Part shown: positions 16,983 through 26,548 of the stretch, piece by piece | Layout of the letters: each line of letters starts with the position of its first letter | Position numbering within the stretch: position 1 is the first letter of the stretch | Source: Patescibacteria group bacterium | Lineage (GTDB): Bacteria > Patescibacteriota > Minisyncoccia > UBA6257 > 2-01-FULL-56-20 | NCBI GenBank assembly: GCA_038063755.1 | Contig: JBBTUL010000012.1 | Location: 64,572 to 128,571 of the forward strand | Direction of reading: 5' to 3' | DNA length: 64,000 bases | Notes under the pieces: generated by a model | Told to the model about the DNA's origin: nothing | Databases searched by the model: none | Seen by the model: the letters and a program-made list of their open reading frames with translations, nothing else | Translations under genes and position numbers: made by a program

Positions 16983-18677
16983 ATGCGAAAGAAACTATCC
17001 CTTTTGGTCCAAAAAGCGCTTCAGACAGATATTGACCCGGAACTTACCATTCCCGAACACTCGGAGTTCGGCCATTTCTCGACCAATATCGCCATGCGCC
17101 TCGCAAGCGAGCGGAATGAGGACCCGCTTAAGATTGCAGAGAGCATTATAGAGAAGGTGAGAGCTGACGGAGTGAAGCTTGTCGAGCGCGTGATGGTTGC
17201 CGGTCCGGGGTTTATTAATTTTTGGCTTCAGCCAAAAGCGATTCAAGAAGAATTCTCCGCAATACTCAAGAATAAAAAAACATTCGGAAAAAGTAGCAGC
17301 GGAAAAGGGAAGCTGGTGATTGTTGAATATTCTCAGCCAAACATAGCGAAACCTTTGCATGCCGGACACCTGCGAAACACAATCCTGGGAGACGTCCTCG
17401 CGAACGTCCATGCGTGTACCGGACACAAGGTAGTCAGATGGAATTACCTAGGGGACTGGGGGACGCAGTTCGGACGGGTAATCGCCGCATGGAAGCGCGG
17501 AAGCGACGAGGCCGAGCTCAAAAAAACCCCGATCGAGTATCTCGAGAGGCTCTACGTTGAGTTTGGGAAGAAGGCGAAAGAAAATGACGAGCTGGCGGAT
17601 GCCGGACGAGAAGAGTTCCGAAAACTTGAAGCAGGAGACAGGGAAAATTTCAAATTATGGAAAAGATTCAAAAAAGAGTCCCTAAAAGAAATAGGAGAGA
17701 TTTACCGAATGCTTGGAGTGCGCTTCGATACATATATTGGAGAATCCTCTTTTCGAGGAGACATGAGTTCGCTTGTGAAAAACATGCTTGACAAAGGAGT
17801 GGCGATGCGAAGCGAGGGAGCGGTCATCGTGCCGCTTGAGGAGTTTGGTCTGCCCCCCGCACTCATCCAAAAAAAGGACGGAGCGAGCCTGTATCATACA
17901 CGCGACATTGCCGCATTCGATTACCGCCTCAAGAAACATCATCCCGATCGATTCCTCTATGTGGTGGGGAACGAACAGACACTCCACTTTGCCCAACTTT
18001 TGGCGATATTGAAAAAACTTGGCCTCGGGAGGGAGTGCGAGGTGGTGCACGTGAAATACGGCCTCTTGCTGGGAGTTGGCGGCAAAAAGATGTCGACGCG
18101 CGAAGGAACGGCGGTTTCGGTGCGAGGCATTATTAAAAAGGCAATTACCCTTGCGAGCGATGTTGTAGAAAAAAAGAACCCGAATCTTTCGGGGCGCGAG
18201 CGGAAGCGCGTTGCGGAGGCAGTCGGCATCGGTGCCCTGAAGTACGCGCTTCTCAAAGAAAACAGGATGTCGGACATCGTATTTGACTGGGACCGGATGC
18301 TTGATTTTTCGGGAGATAGTGGGCCATATCTTCAGTACACTCGTGCCCGCCTGCTTTCGATCATACGAAAGGCGGGGTGGCGCGGGAAGGCCGATTTCAC
18401 CGAACTTTCAAGTGATCTTGAGCTCGCGCTCATGAGAAAGATTTTTGAATTTCCCGAAGAAGCGGAGCGAAGCTTAGAGACGTTCTACGTGAACAATCTC
18501 GCGCAACACCTCAATAGTCTTGCCGTGCTTGCGAATCGGTTTTACGAATCAACGCCGATACTGAAAGATGAGAACAAAAAAAGAAAAAATGCGCGGCTTC
18601 AGCTCATCGGCATGGTGTCGGTGGTTATCGAGCGAGAACTCGCGCTTCTAGGAATTGAATCGCCGGACAATATTTGA
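16983..18677 (+). CDS. argS: Arginine--tRNA ligase
   Basis: EYSQPNIAKPLHAGHLR, GDWGTQFG, KMSTREG, GDSGPYLQY. Confidence 0.97.
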   Translation: MRKKLSLLVQKALQTDIDPELTIPEHSEFGHFSTNIAMRLASERNEDPLKIAESIIEKVRADGVKLVERVMVAGPGFINFWLQPKAIQEEFSAILKNKKTFGKSSSGKGKLVIVEYSQPNIAKPLHAGHLRNTILGDVLANVHACTGHKVVRWNYLGDWGTQFGRVIAAWKRGSDEAELKKTPIEYLERLYVEFGKKAKENDELADAGREEFRKLEAGDRENFKLWKRFKKESLKEIGEIYRMLGVRFDTYIGESSFRGDMSSLVKNMLDKGVAMRSEGAVIVPLEEFGLPPALIQKKDGASLYHTRDIAAFDYRLKKHHPDRFLYVVGNEQTLHFAQLLAILKKLGLGRECEVVHVKYGLLLGVGGKKMSTREGTAVSVRGIIKKAITLASDVVEKKNPNLSGRERKRVAEAVGIGALKYALLKENRMSDIVFDWDRMLDFSGDSGPYLQYTRARLLSIIRKAGWRGKADFTELSSDLELALMRKIFEFPEEAERSLETFYVNNLAQHLNSLAVLANRFYESTPILKDENKKRKNARLQLIGMVSVVIERELALLGIESPDNI

Positions 18678-18735
18678 CGAAAAAGGCCTTTTTGGGGTAT
18701 TTTGCCTGTGGCACAAACAATGAGAGGAGAAGGGT

Positions 18736-19029
18736 ATGCAAATGCAAATGAATCCACTCGAGATTCTAGGGTTGTTTTTAATTTTAGCATTTATTGCCCC
18801 GGGAATGTTTTACGTGCAGAGATATGCCAAGAATACCGGCGTGGCAATGAGCGTATTTCTCTTTACGGCCTTTCTTGTGAAGTATAGCGGGTTGCGAGAA
18901 GTTCTTAAGAAAGAAGTGTTCGGGTTGCCACAGCCGACCGCGGGCGATATTCTCGCCTTCATAGCGACATCATTCCTTGTGATTTCAGTAATCAGGGACG
19001 GGTTGGATTTGTACCGTAAGCAACCATAA
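18736..19029 (+). CDS. Small membrane protein (about 3 TM)
   Basis: Hydrophobic 97-aa ORF with GAGGAG SD, own promoter and downstream hairpin. Confidence 0.65.
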   Translation: MQMQMNPLEILGLFLILAFIAPGMFYVQRYAKNTGVAMSVFLFTAFLVKYSGLREVLKKEVFGLPQPTAGDILAFIATSFLVISVIRDGLDLYRKQP

Positions 19030-19122
19030 GGGCCAAAAGCCCTTTTTTCTTTATTCTGGCGTTGTTTCAAGAAAAAGTTGCAGTTCATGTGTGTCATCGG
19101 TATGATTACTCGTACGTATCAA

Positions 19123-22100
19123 ATGTTTACCGAAGAAGGGCCATTTAGCCTGCCAAAGCTTGAGGAAAAAGTTCTTGAGTTTTGGAAAAAGAAGGGTATT
19201 TTCGAAAAAAGTCTTATCGCAAGAAAAGGAAAGAAAAGCTTCGTTTTTTATGAAGGGCCGCCCACCGCAAACGGCAGGCCGGGCATTCACCACGTGCTTG
19301 CCAGATCGTTTAAAGACATCATTCCCCGCTATCGGACGATGCGTGGTTATTTCGTTGAGCGAAAGGGTGGGTGGGATACCCACGGCCTCCCCGTCGAGCT
19401 TGAGGTAGAAAAGAAGCTTGGTCTTAAATCTAAAAAAGAGATCGAAGAATACGGCATTGCGGAGTTCAATAAAAAATGCCGAGAATCGGTTTGGCAATAC
19501 AAAGACGAGTGGGAGCGCCTTACGGAGCGGATGGGTTTTTGGATCGACCTGAAGAACCCATATATTACTTACGAGAATAAATACATAGAGACGCTCTGGT
19601 GGATCATCAAGAAGTTTTTCGAAAAGGAGCTTATGTATCTTGGGCACAAAGTTGTGCCGTGGTGCTCGCGATGCGGCACAGCGCTTTCTTCCCACGAACT
19701 CGCTCAAGGGTACAAAGAAGTCGAAGATCAGTCGGTATACATCAAGTTCAGGTTGAAGCATGGGCAAAAGGTTGGCGAATGGATCACGACAGATCACACC
19801 TATATCCTTTCTTGGACGACGACACCCTGGACGCTTCCTGGAAACGTTGCACTTGCTGTGGGGAGGGATATTGAGTACAAAGCGATCGAAACAGCCGATG
19901 GAGAGGTTTTAATTTTTGCAAAAGACAGAGAGGGGACGCTTGGAGTTTCAGGAAGAGAAGTCGCGACAATTTCCGGCGAAAAACTTCTCAATCTTGAGTA
20001 TTTCCCGCTTTTCAACATCCCAGCACTTCAGACGCTTCGTTCATATCGAGTTTATCCGGCTGACTTTGTTACGACCACAGACGGCACCGGCGTCGTGCAC
20101 ACTGCCGTAATGTATGGAGAAGATGATTATCAGCTGGGTGCCTCCGTAGGGCTTCCGCAGCACCACACCGTGACCGAAGAGGGAATCTTCACTTCTGACA
20201 TCACGAAGCTGGGCGGGTTATACGTGAAAGATCCTGAAGCGGAAAAAAGAATATTTGACCATCTGACAAAAAACAACAATCTTTTGCGCGCAGAGACATA
20301 TAAGCATGAATACCCACACTGTTGGCGTTGCAGCACCCCGCTTCTTTACTACGCGCGCAGCTCATGGTTCGTTTCGATGTCAAAGCTTCGCACCGAGCTT
20401 TTGCGCAGGAATAAAAAAATAAACTGGACACCAGAGCACATCAAAGAGGGAAGATTTGGCGAGTGGTTGAAAGAGGCTAAAGACTGGAATTTCTCTCGCG
20501 AAAGATATTGGGGGACGCCCTTGCCGATATGGCATTGCGAGTCCTGCAAGTCGAGGTTTGTGCCGGGGAGCATGGAGGAGCTTATTAATGCAGATTATTT
20601 CAGAAATACATTTTACCTGCTGCGACACACAGAAGCTGAGCATGTGGTAAAAAAGCTTCTAGCATACGGCCCGGAGACCGACGAGACCAACACGGCGCAT
20701 CTTACTTCAAAAGGGCGAAAAGAGGCGGAACAGATTGCAAAAAAACTTGGGAAGCAAAAATTTGCTGCGATCTACGCCTCGCCATATGCGCGAACGAAAG
20801 AGCTCGCCGAATTGATTCACAAAGAAACAGGTGCGCCTCTTTTCCTGGATGATCGTCTTGGCGAGCTAAACGTAGGAACATTTGCCTGGCACCCAATAAA
20901 AGAATTCGGGAAGTATTTTAAAAACAGCCTCGAACGATTTACCGAGAAGCCGGAGGGGGGTGAAAGCTTGCGCGATGTGCGAGCGCGAGTCATGCGCGCG
21001 GTTCTTGATATCAACAAGCGATACCGCGGAAAGGAAATTCTTATTGTTGGACACGGAGATCCGCTCTGGATGCTTGAGGCCGCGATGAAGGGTGTGTCCG
21101 AGGAAGAAGCACTCAAAATGCCGTATATCGAACTCGGGGAGACGAGGAAGGTCGCGTTGCGCAATCTACCATACGACGAATCCGGGCAAGTTGATCTTCA
21201 CCGCCCCTATGTAGATGAGCTTTTTCTCGGCTGCGCGAAATGCCACGGGAAGATGGTTCGCGTAAAAGAGGTGGCCGATGTATGGTTCGATTCCGGCTCA
21301 ATGCCGCTTGCGCAGAGTCATTATCCGTTCGAACAAGGACCAAAGAATAAACAAAAAACGGATACGGCAGGAGATGTTTCTCGGGCGACATTCCGCGCCC
21401 TTTCATATCCGGCAGACTTTATATCCGAGGCGATGGATCAAACGCGCGGATGGTTCTATACGCTTCTTGCGGTCGCAACGGCGCTTGGACTCGATGCGCC
21501 ATACAAAAATGTTATTTCGTTGGGGCTGATCCACGACAAGTTTGGGCAAAAAATGTCTAAGTCGAAGGGAAATGTTGTTGATCCGTGGATTATGATGGAA
21601 AAGTATGGTGTCGACGCGGTTCGCTGGTATTTTTATACTTCAACGCCGGCCGGCGAGCCGAAAAATTTTGACGAAGTGGATGTCGGGAAGTCATTTCGTA
21701 AATTTCACGCGATCATCTGGAATTCGTTGGTATTTTACCGGACGTATGCTTCAAAGCACCCAGCGGTGATTGTCAGACCGAAACACATTTTAGACCGATG
21801 GATTCTTGCTCGGCTAAATGACACTATTGCGAAAACGATTCGGGCGCTTGACGCCTATGAAGTTAGAGAAGCCGGACTTGCGCTCGAGGCATTTACCGAC
21901 GACCTTTCTCGCTGGTACATCAGACGCTCCCGTCGCCGCTTTCAAAAGCCGATAAGCCAAGCGGACTACCGCGAAGCAACGGGAACGCTAAAGCTCATCC
22001 TCCTCGATCTTTCGAGGCTCATCGCTCCGTTTAGCCCATTTTTCGCCGAGGGAATATACGAAGGAATTACCGAGGGAGATCGCGGGAAGAAAGAGTCGGT

Positions 22101-22650
22101 GCACCTAGAGAATTTTCCGACTCCCAAGCGGAACTTGATTGACCGGAGACTACTTCGCTCCATGGAAGACGCTCGTCGTGTTTCAAGCCTTGGACTTGCG
22201 AAGCGTGCCGAGATCGGCATCAAGGTTCGTCAGCCACTCGCCCTGCTCACCGTAAGGGACGGCGGATCAGTTCGAACAAATAAAGATTTGCTTGTGATCG
22301 TGAAAGAAGAAGTGAACGTAAAGGCGATGAAGTTCGACAAAAATATTTCCGATGAGCTGGTTTACGACACCGTAATTACCCCTGAGCTTAAAGCCGAGGG
22401 GTTGATCCGCGAGATAACGCGCGCGGTGCAGGATTTGAGGCAAGAGACCAAGCTTTCGCCAAAAGAGGGTATTGTTCTTGTGCTTGATGTACCAAAAGAA
22501 GTCGCTCGTATGCTCATTGGGGCAGAAAAAGTTTTTTCCAAAGAAGTTGGTGCGGTTGCGCTTGAATACGGGCGAGAGAAAAAACTCGACGCAGAAGCAG
22601 AGATAAAAACAGACGAAGGAATTTTGCGGATCGGTATACGGAGGGCATAA
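19123..22650 (+). CDS. ileS: Isoleucine--tRNA ligase (type 2) with inserted histidine-phosphatase domain
   Basis: EGPPTANGRPGIHH, GWDTHGLP, WTTTPWT, SRERYWG, DQTRGWF, KMSKS; insert LLRHTE...SPYAR...GES...VGHG. Confidence 0.96.
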   Translation: MFTEEGPFSLPKLEEKVLEFWKKKGIFEKSLIARKGKKSFVFYEGPPTANGRPGIHHVLARSFKDIIPRYRTMRGYFVERKGGWDTHGLPVELEVEKKLGLKSKKEIEEYGIAEFNKKCRESVWQYKDEWERLTERMGFWIDLKNPYITYENKYIETLWWIIKKFFEKELMYLGHKVVPWCSRCGTALSSHELAQGYKEVEDQSVYIKFRLKHGQKVGEWITTDHTYILSWTTTPWTLPGNVALAVGRDIEYKAIETADGEVLIFAKDREGTLGVSGREVATISGEKLLNLEYFPLFNIPALQTLRSYRVYPADFVTTTDGTGVVHTAVMYGEDDYQLGASVGLPQHHTVTEEGIFTSDITKLGGLYVKDPEAEKRIFDHLTKNNNLLRAETYKHEYPHCWRCSTPLLYYARSSWFVSMSKLRTELLRRNKKINWTPEHIKEGRFGEWLKEAKDWNFSRERYWGTPLPIWHCESCKSRFVPGSMEELINADYFRNTFYLLRHTEAEHVVKKLLAYGPETDETNTAHLTSKGRKEAEQIAKKLGKQKFAAIYASPYARTKELAELIHKETGAPLFLDDRLGELNVGTFAWHPIKEFGKYFKNSLERFTEKPEGGESLRDVRARVMRAVLDINKRYRGKEILIVGHGDPLWMLEAAMKGVSEEEALKMPYIELGETRKVALRNLPYDESGQVDLHRPYVDELFLGCAKCHGKMVRVKEVADVWFDSGSMPLAQSHYPFEQGPKNKQKTDTAGDVSRATFRALSYPADFISEAMDQTRGWFYTLLAVATALGLDAPYKNVISLGLIHDKFGQKMSKSKGNVVDPWIMMEKYGVDAVRWYFYTSTPAGEPKNFDEVDVGKSFRKFHAIIWNSLVFYRTYASKHPAVIVRPKHILDRWILARLNDTIAKTIRALDAYEVREAGLALEAFTDDLSRWYIRRSRRRFQKPISQADYREATGTLKLILLDLSRLIAPFSPFFAEGIYEGITEGDRGKKESVHLENFPTPKRNLIDRRLLRSMEDARRVSSLGLAKRAEIGIKVRQPLALLTVRDGGSVRTNKDLLVIVKEEVNVKAMKFDKNISDELVYDTVITPELKAEGLIREITRAVQDLRQETKLSPKEGIVLVLDVPKEVARMLIGAEKVFSKEVGAVALEYGREKKLDAEAEIKTDEGILRIGIRRA

Positions 22651-22744
22651 CTCTCGCCTTCCACGCATTACGAAGGATGGGTTGAACGAGGAAGAATAGT
22701 GTGCTAAATTCTTCGCAGTACTTCTTGGCAGGGCAGGAGGTGGT

Positions 22745-23047
22745 ATGAAAAAGGTCATAGGGTTGTTTCTCGATGTGTTTTTTGATGCGGTGTGTCTTGT
22801 CGGATTCGTATTTTTTGTCGTTTTTCTCATAGGAGTCGTTGCGCTGGCTCTCTGGTTTGGTTCTGTGGTTCCTTGGCCGATCCTCGCCCTTGTTTCCATT
22901 TTCTGGTGGGTCTTGAGCTCGAAGATTCTTGGCGAGCGGGATCGAAACGAGACTGAGATCGCGATCATCGGGTTTATCGAGTGGAGTGTTGTTGGCATCA
23001 TTCGATTTCTCGTTATCGTGGCGTGGGCTGGAAAGCTCGTTTTTTAA
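22745..23047 (+). CDS. Small membrane protein
   Basis: TTGAAC-17-TAAATT promoter, GGAGGT SD, terminator at about 23063-23088. Confidence 0.65.
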   Translation: MKKVIGLFLDVFFDAVCLVGFVFFVVFLIGVVALALWFGSVVPWPILALVSIFWWVLSSKILGERDRNETEIAIIGFIEWSVVGIIRFLVIVAWAGKLVF

Positions 23048-23150
23048 AAAGATTTTTTAATAAAAACTCCGGTTCTCCGGAGGTTTTTGTTTACAAATCT
23101 TTCTTGAGACAGTAGAGTGTGGGAAGCAGCTTCCAGCGGAGACTAAAAGG

Positions 23151-23402
23151 ATGGAAAAAAAGAAGTATATCTATCTTGCGATTCTTTGGTTTCTCACCAT
23201 CGCGAGTCTTGTCGCCGGACTCGGGGGCAGCACAGAGCTTTTTGAGGCGACGGAGCTTCTTAGGGCGATTCTCCTTGTTGGATCAACCACGCTTTTCGTT
23301 GATATTTGGATAAGGTGTGGAAGCGTCGAAACGCGCTTCGCGATTCGTTTATCCCTCTGGATCCTCGCTGACCTGGGAATCGCTTTTAACGCCTATATTT
23401 AG
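23151..23402 (+). CDS. Small membrane protein
   Basis: TTTACA-17-TAGAGT promoter, 3 hydrophobic segments, hairpin at about 23419-23442. Confidence 0.6.
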   Translation: MEKKKYIYLAILWFLTIASLVAGLGGSTELFEATELLRAILLVGSTTLFVDIWIRCGSVETRFAIRLSLWILADLGIAFNAYI

Positions 23403-23449
23403 AAATTTCTTTGCTGACCCCGGCTATACCAGCCGGCTTTTTATTTCGG

Positions 23450-24436
23450 TTATGGCGAGAGGCCAACTTTCTTTTTAGCGGCGAAAAGCGTTTTTTCGGC
23501 TACTTTCGAAGCCTTCTTTGAGCCGGACACAAGAAGCGATTTGAGCGCTGCGGACTTCACCATAAGCCCAGCCTTCTTGTTTCGATACTCTCGGAAATGC
23601 TCGGCGAGCGCGAACGCGACTCGTTCTTTAAGGTGTGAATAGGTGTTTCCGGCAAATTCCTTCTCAACGTCTCGCATGGGCCGTCCAGTGACTGCCGAGT
23701 AAATTCCGAGGAGATTGGAGACGCCCGGCTTTTCCTTCGGGTCATATTTTATTTCGGAACCGGAGTCGGTCACGGCGCGCTTTACCTTATCGTGGATTTC
23801 TTCCGGCGAGTCATCGAGAAAGAGACAGCTTGCGGGGTCCGACTTCGACATTTTCCTTGAAGAATCCCTAAGGCTCATCACGCGCGGCGTGTGCGTGAGG
23901 ATTCCTTTCGGCTCAGTAAAAATCCTGCCGAATCTTCCATTAAACTTTCTCACGATCGTACGCGCGAGCTCAAGATGTTGTAGCTGATCATCTCCGACCG
24001 GAACAGCCGCGGGGTTATAGAGAAGAATATCGGCGGCCATGAGCGTGGGGTATGTAAAAAGACCCGCATTTACAATCTCAGCCTTTGCGCTTTTATCCTT
24101 GTACTGCGTCATTCGTTCAAGCTCACCCATCGGAGTGATGGTATTGAATATCCAGGCAAGCTCTGTATGTGCGGGAACGAGCGACTGGAGAAAAAGAGTC
24201 GATTTCTTTGGATTAAGTCCGGCGGCCAAAAAATCGGCGGCAAGCTCGAGTATTTGTTTTTGCTTTTTTTTCGGGTCAAAGCTCTCCGTAATCGAGTGGA
24301 GGTCCGCGATGAAGAAAAAACAATCGTATTTGCCGGAGTTTTGAAGTTCTACGAAGTTTTTGAGCGCGCCCAGATAGTTCCCGATGTGGAGCTTGCCAGA
24401 CGGCTGTATTCCCGAGACGAGGACTTGTCGTTTCAT
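23450..24436 (-). CDS. trpS: Tryptophan--tRNA ligase
   Basis: SGIQPSGKLHIGNYLG, YPTLMAADIL, VPVGDDQ, KMSKS. Confidence 0.97.
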   Translation of the reverse strand: MKRQVLVSGIQPSGKLHIGNYLGALKNFVELQNSGKYDCFFFIADLHSITESFDPKKKQKQILELAADFLAAGLNPKKSTLFLQSLVPAHTELAWIFNTITPMGELERMTQYKDKSAKAEIVNAGLFTYPTLMAADILLYNPAAVPVGDDQLQHLELARTIVRKFNGRFGRIFTEPKGILTHTPRVMSLRDSSRKMSKSDPASCLFLDDSPEEIHDKVKRAVTDSGSEIKYDPKEKPGVSNLLGIYSAVTGRPMRDVEKEFAGNTYSHLKERVAFALAEHFREYRNKKAGLMVKSAALKSLLVSGSKKASKVAEKTLFAAKKKVGLSP

Positions 24437-24473
24437 GGTTTTGGCGGACGGCGGAGAGCCAAGCGTGCCAGCG

Positions 24474-26288
24474 CTAAATCTTGATGAGCACCGGCAGAAT
24501 CATTGGTCTGCGCTTAGTCTTATTATACAGGAAGTTTCCAACCTGATCTCGGATAAGCGTCTTTACGTAGTCGGGTTCGACCTCGCGGTTGTTCGGAATG
24601 CGGCCGATGATATTTTTGACGCGCTTTCTGACTTCTTCAAGCATTTCTTGATTGTCTTTAAGATAGATGAATCCTCGCGAGATAATGTCCGGATTTTTGA
24701 CGATGCGTCCACCTTGATCGACAACGACGATCACAACAATCATTCCTTCCTGGGAGAGGTTGAGTCTGTCTCGAAGAACGACCTCTTCTACGTCGCCAAC
24801 GCCCAAGCCGTCAACCATAACATACCCGGCAGGGACCTTCTCGCCCGAGACGGTAAAATTTTCTTTGGTAACATAGGCCACTTCGCCATTGTCCATGACG
24901 ATAACGTGGTTCTTGGGGATGCCAACCTGCTCGGCAATTTTCCTTAAAGCGCAGCGGAAAAGATAGTAGCCGTGAATCGGGATAACGTACTCAGGCTTTA
25001 CGAGCCTCAAGACGAGCTTCAGGTCTTCCTGGTGGGCATGGCCCGTTGCGTGAAGGTCAAGGATTTTTGTGTTGTATACCTCGTCTACCTGGCGCGCGAT
25101 ATTGTCTTGGAGCGACTGAACGCTTCGTTCGTTTCCAGGGACAACTGACGAGGAGAAAATAACGGTATCGGTACGCTTGAGCTGCATCAAGCGATGCTCG
25201 CCGTTTACGATGCGGGTAAGTCCTGAGTTCGGCTCTCCTTGCGAGCCGGTCGTAAGGATAACCATCTTATCGTCTCGGTGTTTATGAAGCTCTTCGAGCG
25301 GGACCAGAAAGTCCTTTGGCGGCTTGTAGTAGCCCAGGTTTTGCATGATTTGGAAGTTATCTTTCATTGAGCGGCCGTTTAGTGAAACCTTTCGTCCAAG
25401 CTTTACAGCGATTTTCATGATTTCCGTAAGGCGGGTCATAAGGGAAGCGAAGGTGGCGATGACAATTCTTCCTTTCGCCGGGGACATAAGTTCCTCAAGG
25501 TTGTCGCTTACGGCTTCTTCGGAAAACGAAAATCCGGGACGGAGAGCGTTGGTGCTGTCGATGAATACCGCCCGTACCCCTCTTTTTCCGACATCTTCGA
25601 ATACCTCAAGGTCGGTGGGTTTGCCGTTTTTGTCCATACGAACGCGAAAATCTCCAAAGCTCACCATGTTGCCGACCGGCGTATCAAGCACGAAGCCGAG
25701 CGCGTCGGGTACCGTATGGTCGACGTTGAAGAATTCAACGTTAAAATATTTTCCAAGGCGAGTCTTGCTGCCGTGTTTTACAACTTCGAAATGAAGCTTC
25801 GGGGCACTTGTAAATTCTTCATGACGACGTTCAACAACGGCCTTCGTGAAGTCGGCGGTATAGATGAGCGGATTGCCCCATTTTTCAATGAGATAGTGGA
25901 TTGCGGCAATGTGGTCGTAGTGTCCATGCGTCAGAAGGATGGCCTTGATGTTGTTTTTCTTCGAAGCAAGGTACGCCTCGTTTGGGATGATGTAGTCGAT
26001 TCCCGGGGTTTCTTCTTCTGGAAATTGGATGCCAACGTCAACGACAATGATCTCATCCTTGTATTCGTAGAAGTAGCAGTTGCGACCGATTTCTTCGAGG
26101 CCCCCCAAGGGAACAAAGCGAAGAACGTCTTTTTCTGGCGGATGTTCTCCGCCGGTCTTCGTCTTTTGCGAAGGGTGGAAAACCGTCGTGCGGATCGGGC
26201 CGCGCGATTTTCCCTTTGTTTGATTATTTGCGATTGGAGAGAAGCGTGATGTCCGACCTCCTGCTCGTCGCATTGGTGAATGATTCAT
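24474..26288 (-). CDS. rnj: Ribonuclease J
   Basis: PLGGLEEIGRN, THGHYDH, TGSQGEP, HATGHA, RRPMILPV. Confidence 0.96.
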   Translation of the reverse strand: MNHSPMRRAGGRTSRFSPIANNQTKGKSRGPIRTTVFHPSQKTKTGGEHPPEKDVLRFVPLGGLEEIGRNCYFYEYKDEIIVVDVGIQFPEEETPGIDYIIPNEAYLASKKNNIKAILLTHGHYDHIAAIHYLIEKWGNPLIYTADFTKAVVERRHEEFTSAPKLHFEVVKHGSKTRLGKYFNVEFFNVDHTVPDALGFVLDTPVGNMVSFGDFRVRMDKNGKPTDLEVFEDVGKRGVRAVFIDSTNALRPGFSFSEEAVSDNLEELMSPAKGRIVIATFASLMTRLTEIMKIAVKLGRKVSLNGRSMKDNFQIMQNLGYYKPPKDFLVPLEELHKHRDDKMVILTTGSQGEPNSGLTRIVNGEHRLMQLKRTDTVIFSSSVVPGNERSVQSLQDNIARQVDEVYNTKILDLHATGHAHQEDLKLVLRLVKPEYVIPIHGYYLFRCALRKIAEQVGIPKNHVIVMDNGEVAYVTKENFTVSGEKVPAGYVMVDGLGVGDVEEVVLRDRLNLSQEGMIVVIVVVDQGGRIVKNPDIISRGFIYLKDNQEMLEEVRKRVKNIIGRIPNNREVEPDYVKTLIRDQVGNFLYNKTKRRPMILPVLIKI

Positions 26289-26317
26289 TTAGTACGCTAT
26301 GTTTTTATTTTTATTCG

Positions 26318-26400
26318 TGGGGATGGGGAGAGTTGAACTCCCACGTCCGAAGGACACACGGCTCTGAACCGTGCGCGTCTGCCAGTTCCGCCACATCCCC
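26318..26400 (-). tRNA. tRNA-Leu (CAG), CCA not encoded
   Basis: Cloverleaf GGGGATG...CACGG-TTCAGAG-CCGTG, long variable arm, GTTCAAC T-loop. Confidence 0.95.
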
Positions 26401-26519
26401 AAGACCATGCCGCCGATTTTGCTAAAAGTCCTCTTCTTCTTATTATGCATATTATAAAACGCAGACGTATCGGAAGCCTTCTTAATGCATCAAAAAGGAG
26501 GAATTACAACGTTATTTGT

Positions 26520-26548
26520 ATTATAGCAAATATTGTCTCAAAGGTCAA
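26520..26548 (-). promoter_or_regulatory. Sigma70 promoter for tRNA-Leu/rnj/trpS
   Basis: TTGACC-17-TATAAT with extended TG. Confidence 0.7.
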
